From a bacterium (GTDB lineage Bacteria > UBA8248), in contig OZ241875.1 in NCBI GenBank assembly GCA_965203325.1, positions 2,624,001-2,688,000 of the forward strand: a stretch of 64,000 nt of DNA, given 5' to 3'. Below the pieces are notes generated by a model. That model was given only the letters and a program-made list of their open reading frames with translations. It was not told where the DNA came from and did not search any database. A program made the translations under genes and the position numbers. Position 1 is the stretch's first letter. Every line of letters begins with the position of its first letter. Of the stretch, positions 48,421-57,764 are shown piece by piece.

Positions 48421-48683
48421 GAGAGGCGGTTCTTCTACCCCCTGAAAAGGGTGCTTTCAAGACGAAGGCGGGGAATTCCCGGAAAAAAAGCCGTTCTGGG
48501 GCATAGACCCGGCGAAACGTCGGGTTTCTGGGGTCCGATAATTGCTGTTATCGGCCCCCAGAAGCCCCGTTTTGCGCCGAACAACCCGATTCGGGCCGCA
48601 TTTGGGCCGCAAATGAGCGAAAAATGAGCGAAAAAAGGCGCAAAACGGCGCCCGAAACCCCTCCGGGGACCCCGGAATTGCGC

Positions 48684-48711
48684 TTGACATGGCCGTGAGA
48701 GGTGTTATATT
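48684..48711 (+). promoter_or_regulatory. Sigma70-type promoter of the lipoprotein gene
   Basis: TTGACA-16 bp-TATATT with extended -10 TG. Confidence 0.65.
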
Positions 48712-48957
48712 TTCTGATAACAGCAATTAACGGCGGCCAGGCCGGGAAAGGCTGACGCATACCGAAGGAATCTGCCTCTCGCGGAACTGCCGGCCCGGAC
48801 CATGCGTGGGCCAAGCCTACCATATTTCGGGCGGCCGAAAATACGAATCATCAGTTTGTGAAGGCCCGAAATAAAAGCTCACGAAAGGAGGTTAATCGGA
48901 GAAAGCCGGAAATTCACGGAAAATCCCTTTTTCTATGTATTCAGGAGGACTCACTAA

Positions 48958-51630
48958 ATGATGTTCAAAGACAAGTATATTCACAAGCTTTACGCTTTCG
49001 CGCTGGCGGCGCTCTTCGCGCTGACGCTGGCGGGCTGTGGCGGCGGTGGCGGTGGTGCTGCTACGCCGGACCCGGAGCCGCCACCGGTGCCGCCGACGGC
49101 TTATGAGGTGGCGGTTGATGCAATCGCGGCAGCCGAGACGGAGGCAGCGGCGCGGGCGGCGGTCGCCACGGCAGTGGCCGCCGGCATCTCGGGCACGGAG
49201 CTCCAGGACCTGAACACGAAGGTCGACGAGCGCGTGGCGGCCCTGGCCATGATGGCTCGGATCGATGCGCAGAAGATGGCTTTGGCGAACGCGGCCGGCA
49301 TGATCGACACGTCCGACCTGTCGACTCAGGCTGCGGTCGATGCGGCCGAGGCTGCCATCGCCGCGCTGAAGGCGGCGATCGCCGCCGCGGCCGACGTCGA
49401 CGACACGTCGATGTACGACGCGCAGGTGACCGCGGCCGAGACAGCCGTGGCGAACGCGCAGAGCATGCTCGACCATGCGGCCCAGACGACGGCGCTGGCG
49501 GATGCCGTTACGGCCCTTCAGGCAATCGACCTGACCGACCTGTCGACGCAGGAGAAGATCGACGACGCCCAGGGCGCCATCGACGCGCTTCAGACGGCGC
49601 TGGACAACGCGACAGAACTGAGCGCTGCCGAAAAGAGAGCAGCCATGACCGAGCTGGCGACAGCCAATCGGAACGTGATGCTGGCGCAGGGCAGAACCGA
49701 CCTCGAGGTCCAGAGGATGGCGCTCTCGAGTGCCGTCGAGGGCCTTCAGGCAATCGACCTGACCGACCTGTCGACGCAGGAGAAGATCGACGACGCCGAA
49801 GCGGCCATCGTCGCGCTTGAACTGGCTCTGGAGCAGGCGACCGATCTGACCGACGCCGAGAAGCTCGACGCCACCGTCGACGTGACGGTGGCCAAGCGGA
49901 GGGTGGCGAGTGCGCAGGAAACTCTCACCGCCAACGTCGGTACGCAGAGAACGGCTCTTGCGGACGCGGCCGGCATGATCGACACGTCCGACCTGTCGAC
50001 CCAGGAGAAGATCGACGCCGCCAACGCGGGCATCCGGGCTCTCAGGCAGGCGCTGGAAGACGCGGTCAATGTTCCGAACAAGTCGATGTACCAGAGGATG
50101 CTGGACGACGCCATTGCTGCCGTAGATAGTGCGCAGGGTGGCATCGACACCGCAACGCGCCGGACGAACCAGACGACAGCGCTGTCGGATGCTTCCACGA
50201 CGCTCCAGGCGGCCCTCGCGGCGCTTGCCGGTTCGACGCCAACGCAGGAGCAGCTCGACGCCGCCAACAATGCCCTTACCGCTCTGAACGCGGCGATTAC
50301 CGGCGGCGCGGACCTGACCGACGCGGAAAAGGCTACGTATGTGCGAGAGGCGACCAATGCGGCGGCGCCGATCCAAACGGCGCAAGCCGCCTTCGATAAG
50401 GCCGAGGACGATGCGCAGAAGGCCGCGGATGCGGAGATGATGGAGGATGCCAGGAAGCTGTATGCCGGCATCAGTGTTCAGACGGGGACCGCTGGCTCAC
50501 CTGCCGTCGGTGATCGGATCGCCACTTACAACACCGCTGGCACCGCCATTGAGGTGAGCGCCGGCCTCCCCACCACCGCGCCCGCAGCCGTCACCCTGTC
50601 GGAAGACAAGGATGCGCCGGACGTCACCCTCCATGGCTGGGCACGCAAGAGGTACGCCGACCCCGCCGGCGGTGACAGCTACGAGGCAGTCGTCTACTCG
50701 AACGTCGGCGAACCGACGGAGGGCAAGAAGTTCGGCGGGACAGGAGCCCAAGTGACAGCCAACGAGGTCGAGTACGAGCTGACGGACGGGGCGCTCGCCA
50801 TCGACACGACCGACGCAGCTGTCGCGGGGAGAGTCGCCAGTCCGAGCTTCGACCAGTCCGCCGGGACGAAGGTGTTCAAGAAGGACGACAATGAAGTCGC
50901 CAGGATGATCCCCGGCAGCTACCACGGCGTGTCCGGCACCTACAGTTGCACGCCCACCACCGGCACCAACGCTTGCTCGGCTACGGTGGCTGCAGACGGC
51001 TTCACGCTCACCGGCGGCACCTGGACCTTCAAGCCCACCGACGCGAACGACCGGCTCATGGAAACGCCGGACGGCAACTACGCCTCCTACGGCTGGTGGC
51101 TCTACAAGTCAGCGGACGGCGATACCTTCATCGCGAGCGCATTCGTGGATGACAGGGGCGATGGCGAGGGTGCGGCCAGCGGCATCACGGCCTTGCAGGG
51201 AACGGCAACCTACATGGGTGGCGCCGCCGGCAAGTACGCGCTCCACAGCACCACCGGCGGAGCGAACGACGCCGGCCACTTCACCGCGGACGTGACGCTC
51301 GAAGCCGATTTCGGCGACGACATGATCACGGGCACCATCGACAACTTCATGGGCGCCGATGGTGAGTCGCGTGACTGGTCCGTCAAGCTGAATGAAACGG
51401 ACATCAGCGATACCGGGGATATTGACGGTCTCGGCGGTGCCGCCAACGACGAGCAGGTCGGGACGGTCTGGACCAGGGGCGGGACGGCTGCCGCTAAATC
51501 CGGCCAATGGTCCGGAGCTCTCTATGGCAACGGCGACGACGGCGTTCCGCAGGTCGCGACCGGCACGTTCTACACCGAGTTCAATCGGGACGGAAAAATG
51601 GTCGGCGGCTTCGGCGTGAAGAAGCAGTAG
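48958..51630 (+). CDS. Large surface lipoprotein: Ala-rich helical repeats plus C-terminal TbpB-like handle/beta-barrel
   Basis: Lipobox LAGC then G6 linker; repeats ID(T/L)(S/T)DLSTQ; C-terminal YGWW, GTATYMGGAAGKY, FTADVTLEADF, ITGTIDNF, GQWSG, GTF, MVGGFGVKKQ. Confidence 0.8.
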   Translation: MMFKDKYIHKLYAFALAALFALTLAGCGGGGGGAATPDPEPPPVPPTAYEVAVDAIAAAETEAAARAAVATAVAAGISGTELQDLNTKVDERVAALAMMARIDAQKMALANAAGMIDTSDLSTQAAVDAAEAAIAALKAAIAAAADVDDTSMYDAQVTAAETAVANAQSMLDHAAQTTALADAVTALQAIDLTDLSTQEKIDDAQGAIDALQTALDNATELSAAEKRAAMTELATANRNVMLAQGRTDLEVQRMALSSAVEGLQAIDLTDLSTQEKIDDAEAAIVALELALEQATDLTDAEKLDATVDVTVAKRRVASAQETLTANVGTQRTALADAAGMIDTSDLSTQEKIDAANAGIRALRQALEDAVNVPNKSMYQRMLDDAIAAVDSAQGGIDTATRRTNQTTALSDASTTLQAALAALAGSTPTQEQLDAANNALTALNAAITGGADLTDAEKATYVREATNAAAPIQTAQAAFDKAEDDAQKAADAEMMEDARKLYAGISVQTGTAGSPAVGDRIATYNTAGTAIEVSAGLPTTAPAAVTLSEDKDAPDVTLHGWARKRYADPAGGDSYEAVVYSNVGEPTEGKKFGGTGAQVTANEVEYELTDGALAIDTTDAAVAGRVASPSFDQSAGTKVFKKDDNEVARMIPGSYHGVSGTYSCTPTTGTNACSATVAADGFTLTGGTWTFKPTDANDRLMETPDGNYASYGWWLYKSADGDTFIASAFVDDRGDGEGAASGITALQGTATYMGGAAGKYALHSTTGGANDAGHFTADVTLEADFGDDMITGTIDNFMGADGESRDWSVKLNETDISDTGDIDGLGGAANDEQVGTVWTRGGTAAAKSGQWSGALYGNGDDGVPQVATGTFYTEFNRDGKMVGGFGVKKQ

Positions 51631-51885
51631 CAGCGAAGAGCAGGACGCCTGTGGCTTCGGGGCTTCACGGCCCCGGGGCCCAAGGCGGTATGAGGAGAGC
51701 GAAAAAGGGGGTTGCCCGTTGGTTGCTTCTCTCGTGAGAGCAAACTGTACCGCTCCTGGTTGTGAGTTTGAGTCCTCGAGCCGGGAGGGGGAACAACGGG
51801 CAGCCCCTGTTTTCGCTTCATGAAAGCAGCCGACACCCCGACTCGGCCTGCACCTCGGGGATCGTGTCGCAGCAATTCCCATCTT

Positions 51886-52585
51886 CAGGGGTTTTTCAAC
51901 CCCTTAAAGCAGCCCTTTGCGGGGTGTCGGCCCTTTCTCTTCCGACCGGTCGTGCTCGCCTCCTCGCCTTGAAAGGACAGCCCCTCCTCGGAGCTGTCCT
52001 GCCCCCTCTACCCCCCTTTGACAGGGGGGTCTTTTTTTCACCGAGAAGAATTTTACATTCACTCCCCCTTTGAGGGTTTTGCCAATCAACGAGAGAAGGG
52101 ATCAACTCCCCCCTTGAGGGGGAGTCGATAAAGCCGAGCGATTTGTGCGAAGGCTGAATCGGTGGGGGGACATGCCACAGATAAAAGCTCCCCCCACCGA
52201 ATCGCTTGAGGGCTTCGCCCTTAGCTCTTCGACTCCCCCTCAAGGGGGGAGTTGATCTTGCTCGTTCATCACTCGCGTTTGACCCCTGACAAGGGGGGGG
52301 TAGGGGGGTTGGTTTTCGGGGCGAGCGGGCGGTTTGCGGTTTCCGTAGGGGCGGATCTATGTGTCCGCCCGTATCGGGAATGTCTATGCCCGTAAGAGGC
52401 CTCGGACAGGTCTCGACCCCGGACAGGCACAGGGGCCTGTCCGGCTACGTCCCGCGTATCGAGACGATCCGTAGGGGCGCTTCGTGAAGCGCCCGTTTCT
52501 CCGGCAAGGGCGGTTCGCGAACCGCCCCTACACCAATAATGAGTACTCCGCAGGGGTCAGACATATATGTCTGACCCCTACAGAA
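51886..52585. repeat. Dense REP/IR cluster right of the lipoprotein gene
   Basis: ACTCCCCCCTTGAGGG family at ~52061, ~52105, ~52231; IR half-elements ~52000 and ~52281; GTAG REPs at ~52345, ~52420, ~52471, ~52507, ~52550. Confidence 0.8.
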
Positions 52586-53046
52586 CCCTCCATCCGGGGG
52601 GTTGGCCCTCAATCCGGGGGCGCATTTGCCCGCATTTGGCGTTACCGGGCATGCGCCCGCGCGGGGCAGGATCGGGCGCGCGAACCTGGAGGAGTTCCGA
52701 TGGACCCGGGCCGGATGGATCTGGAAAGAAGAAAGCGAACGGACGCGGCGGCCCGGGTTCGGCCGGCGGCGGACCCGGCGTTTGCCGCGCGACGGGAATT
52801 CCTGAAAAATACGATAAAATCAGATAAATTGACGGGGTTTTTCGATAAATTTCTGACTATGCAAATGGTTGTAATCAAAAGGGTTATCATTCAAATCTTA
52901 GCGTCCCGCACTCAGATATGGCGCAAAAAAAGTTTTTCGCCGACCCCCGCATTTGCCCGCAACAGCCCGCATTTCCTCCCGCACCGCATCACGCCGGCAA
53001 AGCCTCATTCATCCATCGGCTTTGACCCCCGCAATTGCCCGAAGCG

Positions 53047-54015
53047 CTATTTGCGGATGGTGCCGAAGCTGAAGCCGGTGACGAGGTGCTTCTGGATCAG
53101 GACGCCGAGGATGACCACGGGGATGGTGATGACCGTCCCGATCGCCGCCTGCGGCCCGTAGAGTCTTCCCTCCGACGCGCTCTGGAACTTGTTGAGCAGG
53201 ATGGGCAGGGTGACGACTTTCGGCTGGGTGAGCGTCAGCGCGAGCAGGAACTCGCTCCAGTTCAGGATGAAGATGAACAGGAACGTCACCACCATGCCGG
53301 GCGCGACCAGGGGCATCACGACGCGGCGCAGCGTGTAGATGCGGCCCGCGCCCGTGATGTGCGCGGCGTGCTCGATGGTCTTGGGAATCTCCTCGATGAA
53401 GTTCAGCATCATCCAGATGACGAAGGGCAGCGTGGTCGCTATGTAGAGGAGGCACAGGCCGGTGTAGGAGTCGATCAGGCTGATCCGGTAGCCGAGGACC
53501 GTCTGGGTCGCGAAGGGAATCAGGATGGCGTAGTACATCACGACGGGAATCGCGATGATGATGGGCGGGACCATTCGGATGGTCAGTATCATATAGCGGA
53601 AATACTTCCCGCCCACGTTGAAGCGCGAAATCGAGTAGGCTAGGAACGTGCCCAGCAGGAGTGCTATCAGCGCGCTGACGGAGGAGACGAGCATCGAATC
53701 GCGCACCGCCCCCCAGATCGTGAAGACATGCTCGAGAACATCGCGGTCGACGCGATCGCCCTGTCCGAACAGGCTGAAAATCAGCCGGTAGTTGTCCAGG
53801 GTGGGTTCGTATCCCCCGCCGATGAAGCTCGGGAACCAGTTCGGCGGCCAGGCCAGCCAGTCGCCCGAATCCTTGAAGGAAGTCGATATCATCCAGAAGA
53901 TCGGGAACATGACCATGCTCGCCCAGCCCAGAAGCGCGGCGTGGCGGAACCAGAAGAAGAGGTTGTAGCGCCTGGCGAAGGACATCTCCGCGCGCCTGCC
54001 GGCCTCGTTCGTCAT
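53047..54015 (-). CDS. Carbohydrate-type ABC transporter permease (MalG-like), duplicate copy
   Basis: FPIFWMISTSFK, TLPFVIWMM, IEHAA..GA (EAA loop), FILNWSEFL, QKHLVTG. Confidence 0.92.
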   Translation of the reverse strand: MTNEAGRRAEMSFARRYNLFFWFRHAALLGWASMVMFPIFWMISTSFKDSGDWLAWPPNWFPSFIGGGYEPTLDNYRLIFSLFGQGDRVDRDVLEHVFTIWGAVRDSMLVSSVSALIALLLGTFLAYSISRFNVGGKYFRYMILTIRMVPPIIIAIPVVMYYAILIPFATQTVLGYRISLIDSYTGLCLLYIATTLPFVIWMMLNFIEEIPKTIEHAAHITGAGRIYTLRRVVMPLVAPGMVVTFLFIFILNWSEFLLALTLTQPKVVTLPILLNKFQSASEGRLYGPQAAIGTVITIPVVILGVLIQKHLVTGFSFGTIRK

Positions 54016-54102
54016 CTCATTCCCACCTCTCGGGCGATGGACCGCTCCCGCACGAGCAGATACATCCTGTCATTTATCCATTCCCCGCATTATCGCGGGG
54101 GG

Positions 54103-55071
54103 CTACTTGCGGATGGTGCCGAAGCTGAATCCCGTGATGAGGTGTTTCTGGATCATGACGCCGAGGATGACCACCGGTACGGTGATGACGGTCCCGATCG
54201 CGGCTTGCGGCCCGTAGAGCCTGCCCTCCATCGCGCTCTGGAACTTGTTGAGCAGGATGGGCAGGGTGATGACTCTCGGCTGGGTGAGCGTCAGCGCGAG
54301 CAGGAACTCGCTCCAATTCAGGATGAAGATGAAGAGAAAGGTCACCACCATGCCCGGCGCGACCAGGGGCATGACCACGCGGCGCAGCGTGTAGATGCGC
54401 CCCGCGCCCATGATTTGGGCGGCGTGCTCGATGGTCTTGGGGATCTCCTCGATGAAGTTCAGCATCATCCAGATGACGAAGGGCAGCGTGGTCGCTATGT
54501 AGAGGAGGCACAGGCCGGAGTAGGAGTCGATCATGCTGATCCGGTAGTTGAGGACCGTCTGGGTGGCGAAGGGAATCAGGATGGCGTAGTACATCACGAC
54601 GGGAATCGCGATGATGATGGGCGGGACCATGCGGATGGTCAGGATCATGTAGCGGAAATACTTTCCGCCCACGTTGAAGCGCGAAATCGAGTAGGCCAGA
54701 AACGTGCCCAGCAGGAGCGCTATCAGCGCGCTGATGGAGGAGACGACCATCGAATCGCGCACCGCTCCCCAGATCGTGAAAGCCTGTTCGGCGTATTCGC
54801 GGCTGAGGCCTTCGCCGTGCCCGACGATGCTGAAAATCTGCCGGTAGTTGTGCAGGGTGGGTTCGTATCCCCCGCCGATGAAGGACGGGAACCAGTTCGG
54901 CGGCCAGGCCACCCAGTCGCCCGAATCCTTGAAGGAAGTCGAGACCATCCAGAAGATCGGGAACATGATCATGATCGCCCAGCATATTAGCGCGGCGTGG
55001 CGGAACCAGAAGAAGAGGTTGTAGCGCTTGGCGAAGGACATCTCCGCGCGCCTGTCGGTCTCGTTCGTCAT
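54103..55071 (-). CDS. Carbohydrate-type ABC transporter permease (MalG-like)
   Basis: Near-identical to 53047-54015; ATGA overlap with the upstream permease. Confidence 0.92.
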   Translation of the reverse strand: MTNETDRRAEMSFAKRYNLFFWFRHAALICWAIMIMFPIFWMVSTSFKDSGDWVAWPPNWFPSFIGGGYEPTLHNYRQIFSIVGHGEGLSREYAEQAFTIWGAVRDSMVVSSISALIALLLGTFLAYSISRFNVGGKYFRYMILTIRMVPPIIIAIPVVMYYAILIPFATQTVLNYRISMIDSYSGLCLLYIATTLPFVIWMMLNFIEEIPKTIEHAAQIMGAGRIYTLRRVVMPLVAPGMVVTFLFIFILNWSEFLLALTLTQPRVITLPILLNKFQSAMEGRLYGPQAAIGTVITVPVVILGVMIQKHLITGFSFGTIRK

Positions 55072-56018
55072 CCCATTCGCTCCTCTTCGACGATGGATCG
55101 TTCCCGCACGAGCAGATAAATGCCGTAGAAGATGAGTGCTCCGAACATGAAGAGCAGCAGAATCGAGGCGGCCGCGCCGAAGCTGTACTTGTTGAACTGC
55201 CACACCTGCCGCCAGAGGAAGAAAGCGATGGTTTCGGTCGAGGTGCCCGGCCCGCCGAAGGTGAGCAGTACGGACAGATCGAAGAGTTTAAGCGCCTCCA
55301 TCGATCGAATGATGACGGCGATCATGATCGCGGGCTTCAGCAGCGGCAGGTGGACTTTCCAGAATATCTGCCACCTGCTTGCCCCCAGAACGCGCGCGGC
55401 GTTGGTGAGTTGTTGCGGGAGCGCGGCGAAACCCGAGAGGAAAATCAAGAACGTGAGCGACGTCCACTGCCAGACGTCGGCGAGGATGATCGCCCACTGC
55501 GCGGCGATGGGGTGCGAGAGCCAGCGGATGCGCGGGTTCACGCCCATGGCTTCGGTGATCGGAGACAGAATCTGGTTGAGGGGGCCCGAGTCGATGTAGA
55601 TCATCGAAAAGTTGTAGCCCCCCACGACCGGCACCACCATCATGGGGACCAGGAAAATCGTGATGTAGATTCGCCTCCCCCGGAATTGCTTATAAGCCAG
55701 CATGGCGAGAAGAAAGCCGAAGAGCAGTTCGAGCAATACCGCCGTTCCCGCGAAATAAAAAGTCCGCCCGAGCGCCCACCAGAAATCCTCGGTGGTGAGG
55801 ACGCGAGTGTAATTCAGCAAACCGTGAAAATAGGCCTGCTCGAAGGGCCGGTTGGCGCGCCATTTGAGGAGGCTGATGTAGATGGTGAGTATGAAGGGAA
55901 CGGCGAGAAGCAGGAGGAAGGTCGCCTCCACCATGATGAACGGTATCAGGCGGAAAACCTTCTCCTGGGACAGCCAGGCCGAGAGACTCTTGCGTTCTTT
56001 TATCGTTGCTTGGGCCAT
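55068..56018 (-). CDS. Carbohydrate-type ABC transporter permease (MalF-like)
   Basis: GLLNY, PMMVVPVV, ADVWQWT, AARVLGASRWQIFWKVHLPLLKP, LTFGGPG. Confidence 0.92.
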   Translation of the reverse strand: MAQATIKERKSLSAWLSQEKVFRLIPFIMVEATFLLLLAVPFILTIYISLLKWRANRPFEQAYFHGLLNYTRVLTTEDFWWALGRTFYFAGTAVLLELLFGFLLAMLAYKQFRGRRIYITIFLVPMMVVPVVGGYNFSMIYIDSGPLNQILSPITEAMGVNPRIRWLSHPIAAQWAIILADVWQWTSLTFLIFLSGFAALPQQLTNAARVLGASRWQIFWKVHLPLLKPAIMIAVIIRSMEALKLFDLSVLLTFGGPGTSTETIAFFLWRQVWQFNKYSFGAAASILLLFMFGALIFYGIYLLVRERSIVEEERMG

Positions 56019-56108
56019 CTTCTCTTCATCTTAACTAGAGTCAAAGCGCATCGCGCGAGGCGCCCGCCCCGGCTTTCACACCGGAGCGGGCGCTCTTGTG
56101 CGCGGTGT

Positions 56109-57587
56109 TTAGTTGGTCGGCGCGAACTTGTCGATGTAAGCGCCGCTGGCGACGCTCGCTCTCCAAGCCGCAATTTGCTCTTTCCGGCCGATGTCCTCGG
56201 TGATGCGGTTCCAGCCTTTTTCGACGTTCTTCGCCGCCTGCTCGGCGGAGATGTTGCCCTGCATGACCTGCGCCATGTTCTTGTCGAGCACGTTGAAGTA
56301 CTCGTAGTTACCCTCGATCATGAGCAGGGAGATGGCGTTTTTCGCGTTCTTCATCGTCATCTTCACGAAAGGCTCGGTGTGCTTGGCGAGCACGGCCTTG
56401 TTCGTCAGGTTCGACATGCGCATCGGATCCCAGAAGCCTGCCGGGTCGGCGATGGCGATGTCGCCCTGGGTCGGGCCCGTGAACCACTGGATGAAGTAGT
56501 AGGCGAGCTCGGGGTGTTTGCTGTGCGCGTTCACCATGTAGCCGGTGCCGGCCGCCTGCGGCGCGCGGCGCACCATCTTGCCGCTCGCGCCTTTCACGGC
56601 GGGAACCGGGCAGGCCAGCTGCTTGCCGCTGATCTTGCTCTTCGGGTTGCGGTTGGCGTAGCCCATCGCCGAGGGGAAGGACATGAACGAGAAGGCCCGT
56701 CCGCTGCCCCAGTGAGGATAGAGCTGCGGCGTTCCCCAGCCCTGCACGTCGGGCGGCATGTACTTGACGATCGAGGTGAATTCCTTGATCGCCCGGATGC
56801 CGTTCGGCGAATTGATGGTGGGGTTCATGTTCTTGTCGAAGAGCAGTCCGCCCACATAAGCCGGGAAGTGCCTGTAGGAGAAGTTGATGCTCCGGTAGGC
56901 CTGCGCGCCGTAGAGCGGCTGATCGAACTTCATGCCCCAGCGGGTCTGGCCCTTTTTCGTGTGGAAGAACTTGGCCATCTGCTCCCACTCGGCCATCGTG
57001 TCGGGACATCCGGGAGCCTTGCCGAACTTGGCCTTGTACTCCTTCGCGGCCGCCTTCATGATGTCCGAGCGCAGGAACAGCGCGATGTGGTCGCCGTCGA
57101 GGATGAACCAGTAGGTCTTCCCCTTGTACTTCTGCTGCGCCAGAAGGCCCGAGTCGATGCCCGTGAAGTCGGGTTTCCCCTTGGCCATGTACGCATCGAG
57201 CGGCTGGAGCGTGCCCGCGCCCACCGCGTCGGGAATGACGTAGGGGAAGTGGTTGATGACGTCGTACTGTCCCGTCTTCGCCACGGCTTCGGCCATGATC
57301 TTGGCCGGGATGTCTGTGTAGCCGTACTGGATGGAGCCCATCTCGACGCCGGTGAGCTTCTTCCATTGCCTCAGGTATTTCGGCTGGGAGTTCTTGAAGA
57401 GCGAAATCAGGAGCATGGTCTGCTTCGGATTCTTCAGATTATGCTTCTTGATGTACGCTTTCGCTCCGTTGATGGCGCGCTCCTCAACCGTCTTGCCGGG
57501 GTGTACCATCATGGCGGCGATGGCCGTCGAGGCCACGAAAACCGTGACGCCCATCAAGATCAGCGTTGCGAGAAAAATTCTCTTCAT
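56109..57587 (-). CDS. Extracellular solute-binding protein (family 1)
   Basis: Signal peptide; GQYDV, LQPLD, DGD, PDTMAEW, GGLLFD; ABC operon context. Confidence 0.85.
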   Translation of the reverse strand: MKRIFLATLILMGVTVFVASTAIAAMMVHPGKTVEERAINGAKAYIKKHNLKNPKQTMLLISLFKNSQPKYLRQWKKLTGVEMGSIQYGYTDIPAKIMAEAVAKTGQYDVINHFPYVIPDAVGAGTLQPLDAYMAKGKPDFTGIDSGLLAQQKYKGKTYWFILDGDHIALFLRSDIMKAAAKEYKAKFGKAPGCPDTMAEWEQMAKFFHTKKGQTRWGMKFDQPLYGAQAYRSINFSYRHFPAYVGGLLFDKNMNPTINSPNGIRAIKEFTSIVKYMPPDVQGWGTPQLYPHWGSGRAFSFMSFPSAMGYANRNPKSKISGKQLACPVPAVKGASGKMVRRAPQAAGTGYMVNAHSKHPELAYYFIQWFTGPTQGDIAIADPAGFWDPMRMSNLTNKAVLAKHTEPFVKMTMKNAKNAISLLMIEGNYEYFNVLDKNMAQVMQGNISAEQAAKNVEKGWNRITEDIGRKEQIAAWRASVASGAYIDKFAPTN

Positions 57588-57764
57588 CTCGATTCCTCCT
57601 CCCTCCTGGTTAGGAAAGGCGATGTCATGCTTGCGAATCGCCGGGTTCGAACGCTAAGTTCCCATTAACTGATTCTTCCTGCCTTATTCCGATGTTGCCA
57701 CTTCCTTGCGATACATCGTTTTCCAGACCTTTGTTATTTTTCGTTGGTCGTGCAGCGCCGGCCG

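Noticed and set aside
51886..52585. CRISPR array
   Set aside because: Repeats are heterogeneous palindromes in mixed orientation with irregular spacing; no cas genes in the window
55350..57668. Long antisense ORFs (772 aa here; also 1184-2878, 7628-9406, 25934-27349, 36376-38046, 48892-50385)
   Set aside because: Shadow ORFs opposite well-supported genes, expected from high-GC codon bias; no recognisable motifs
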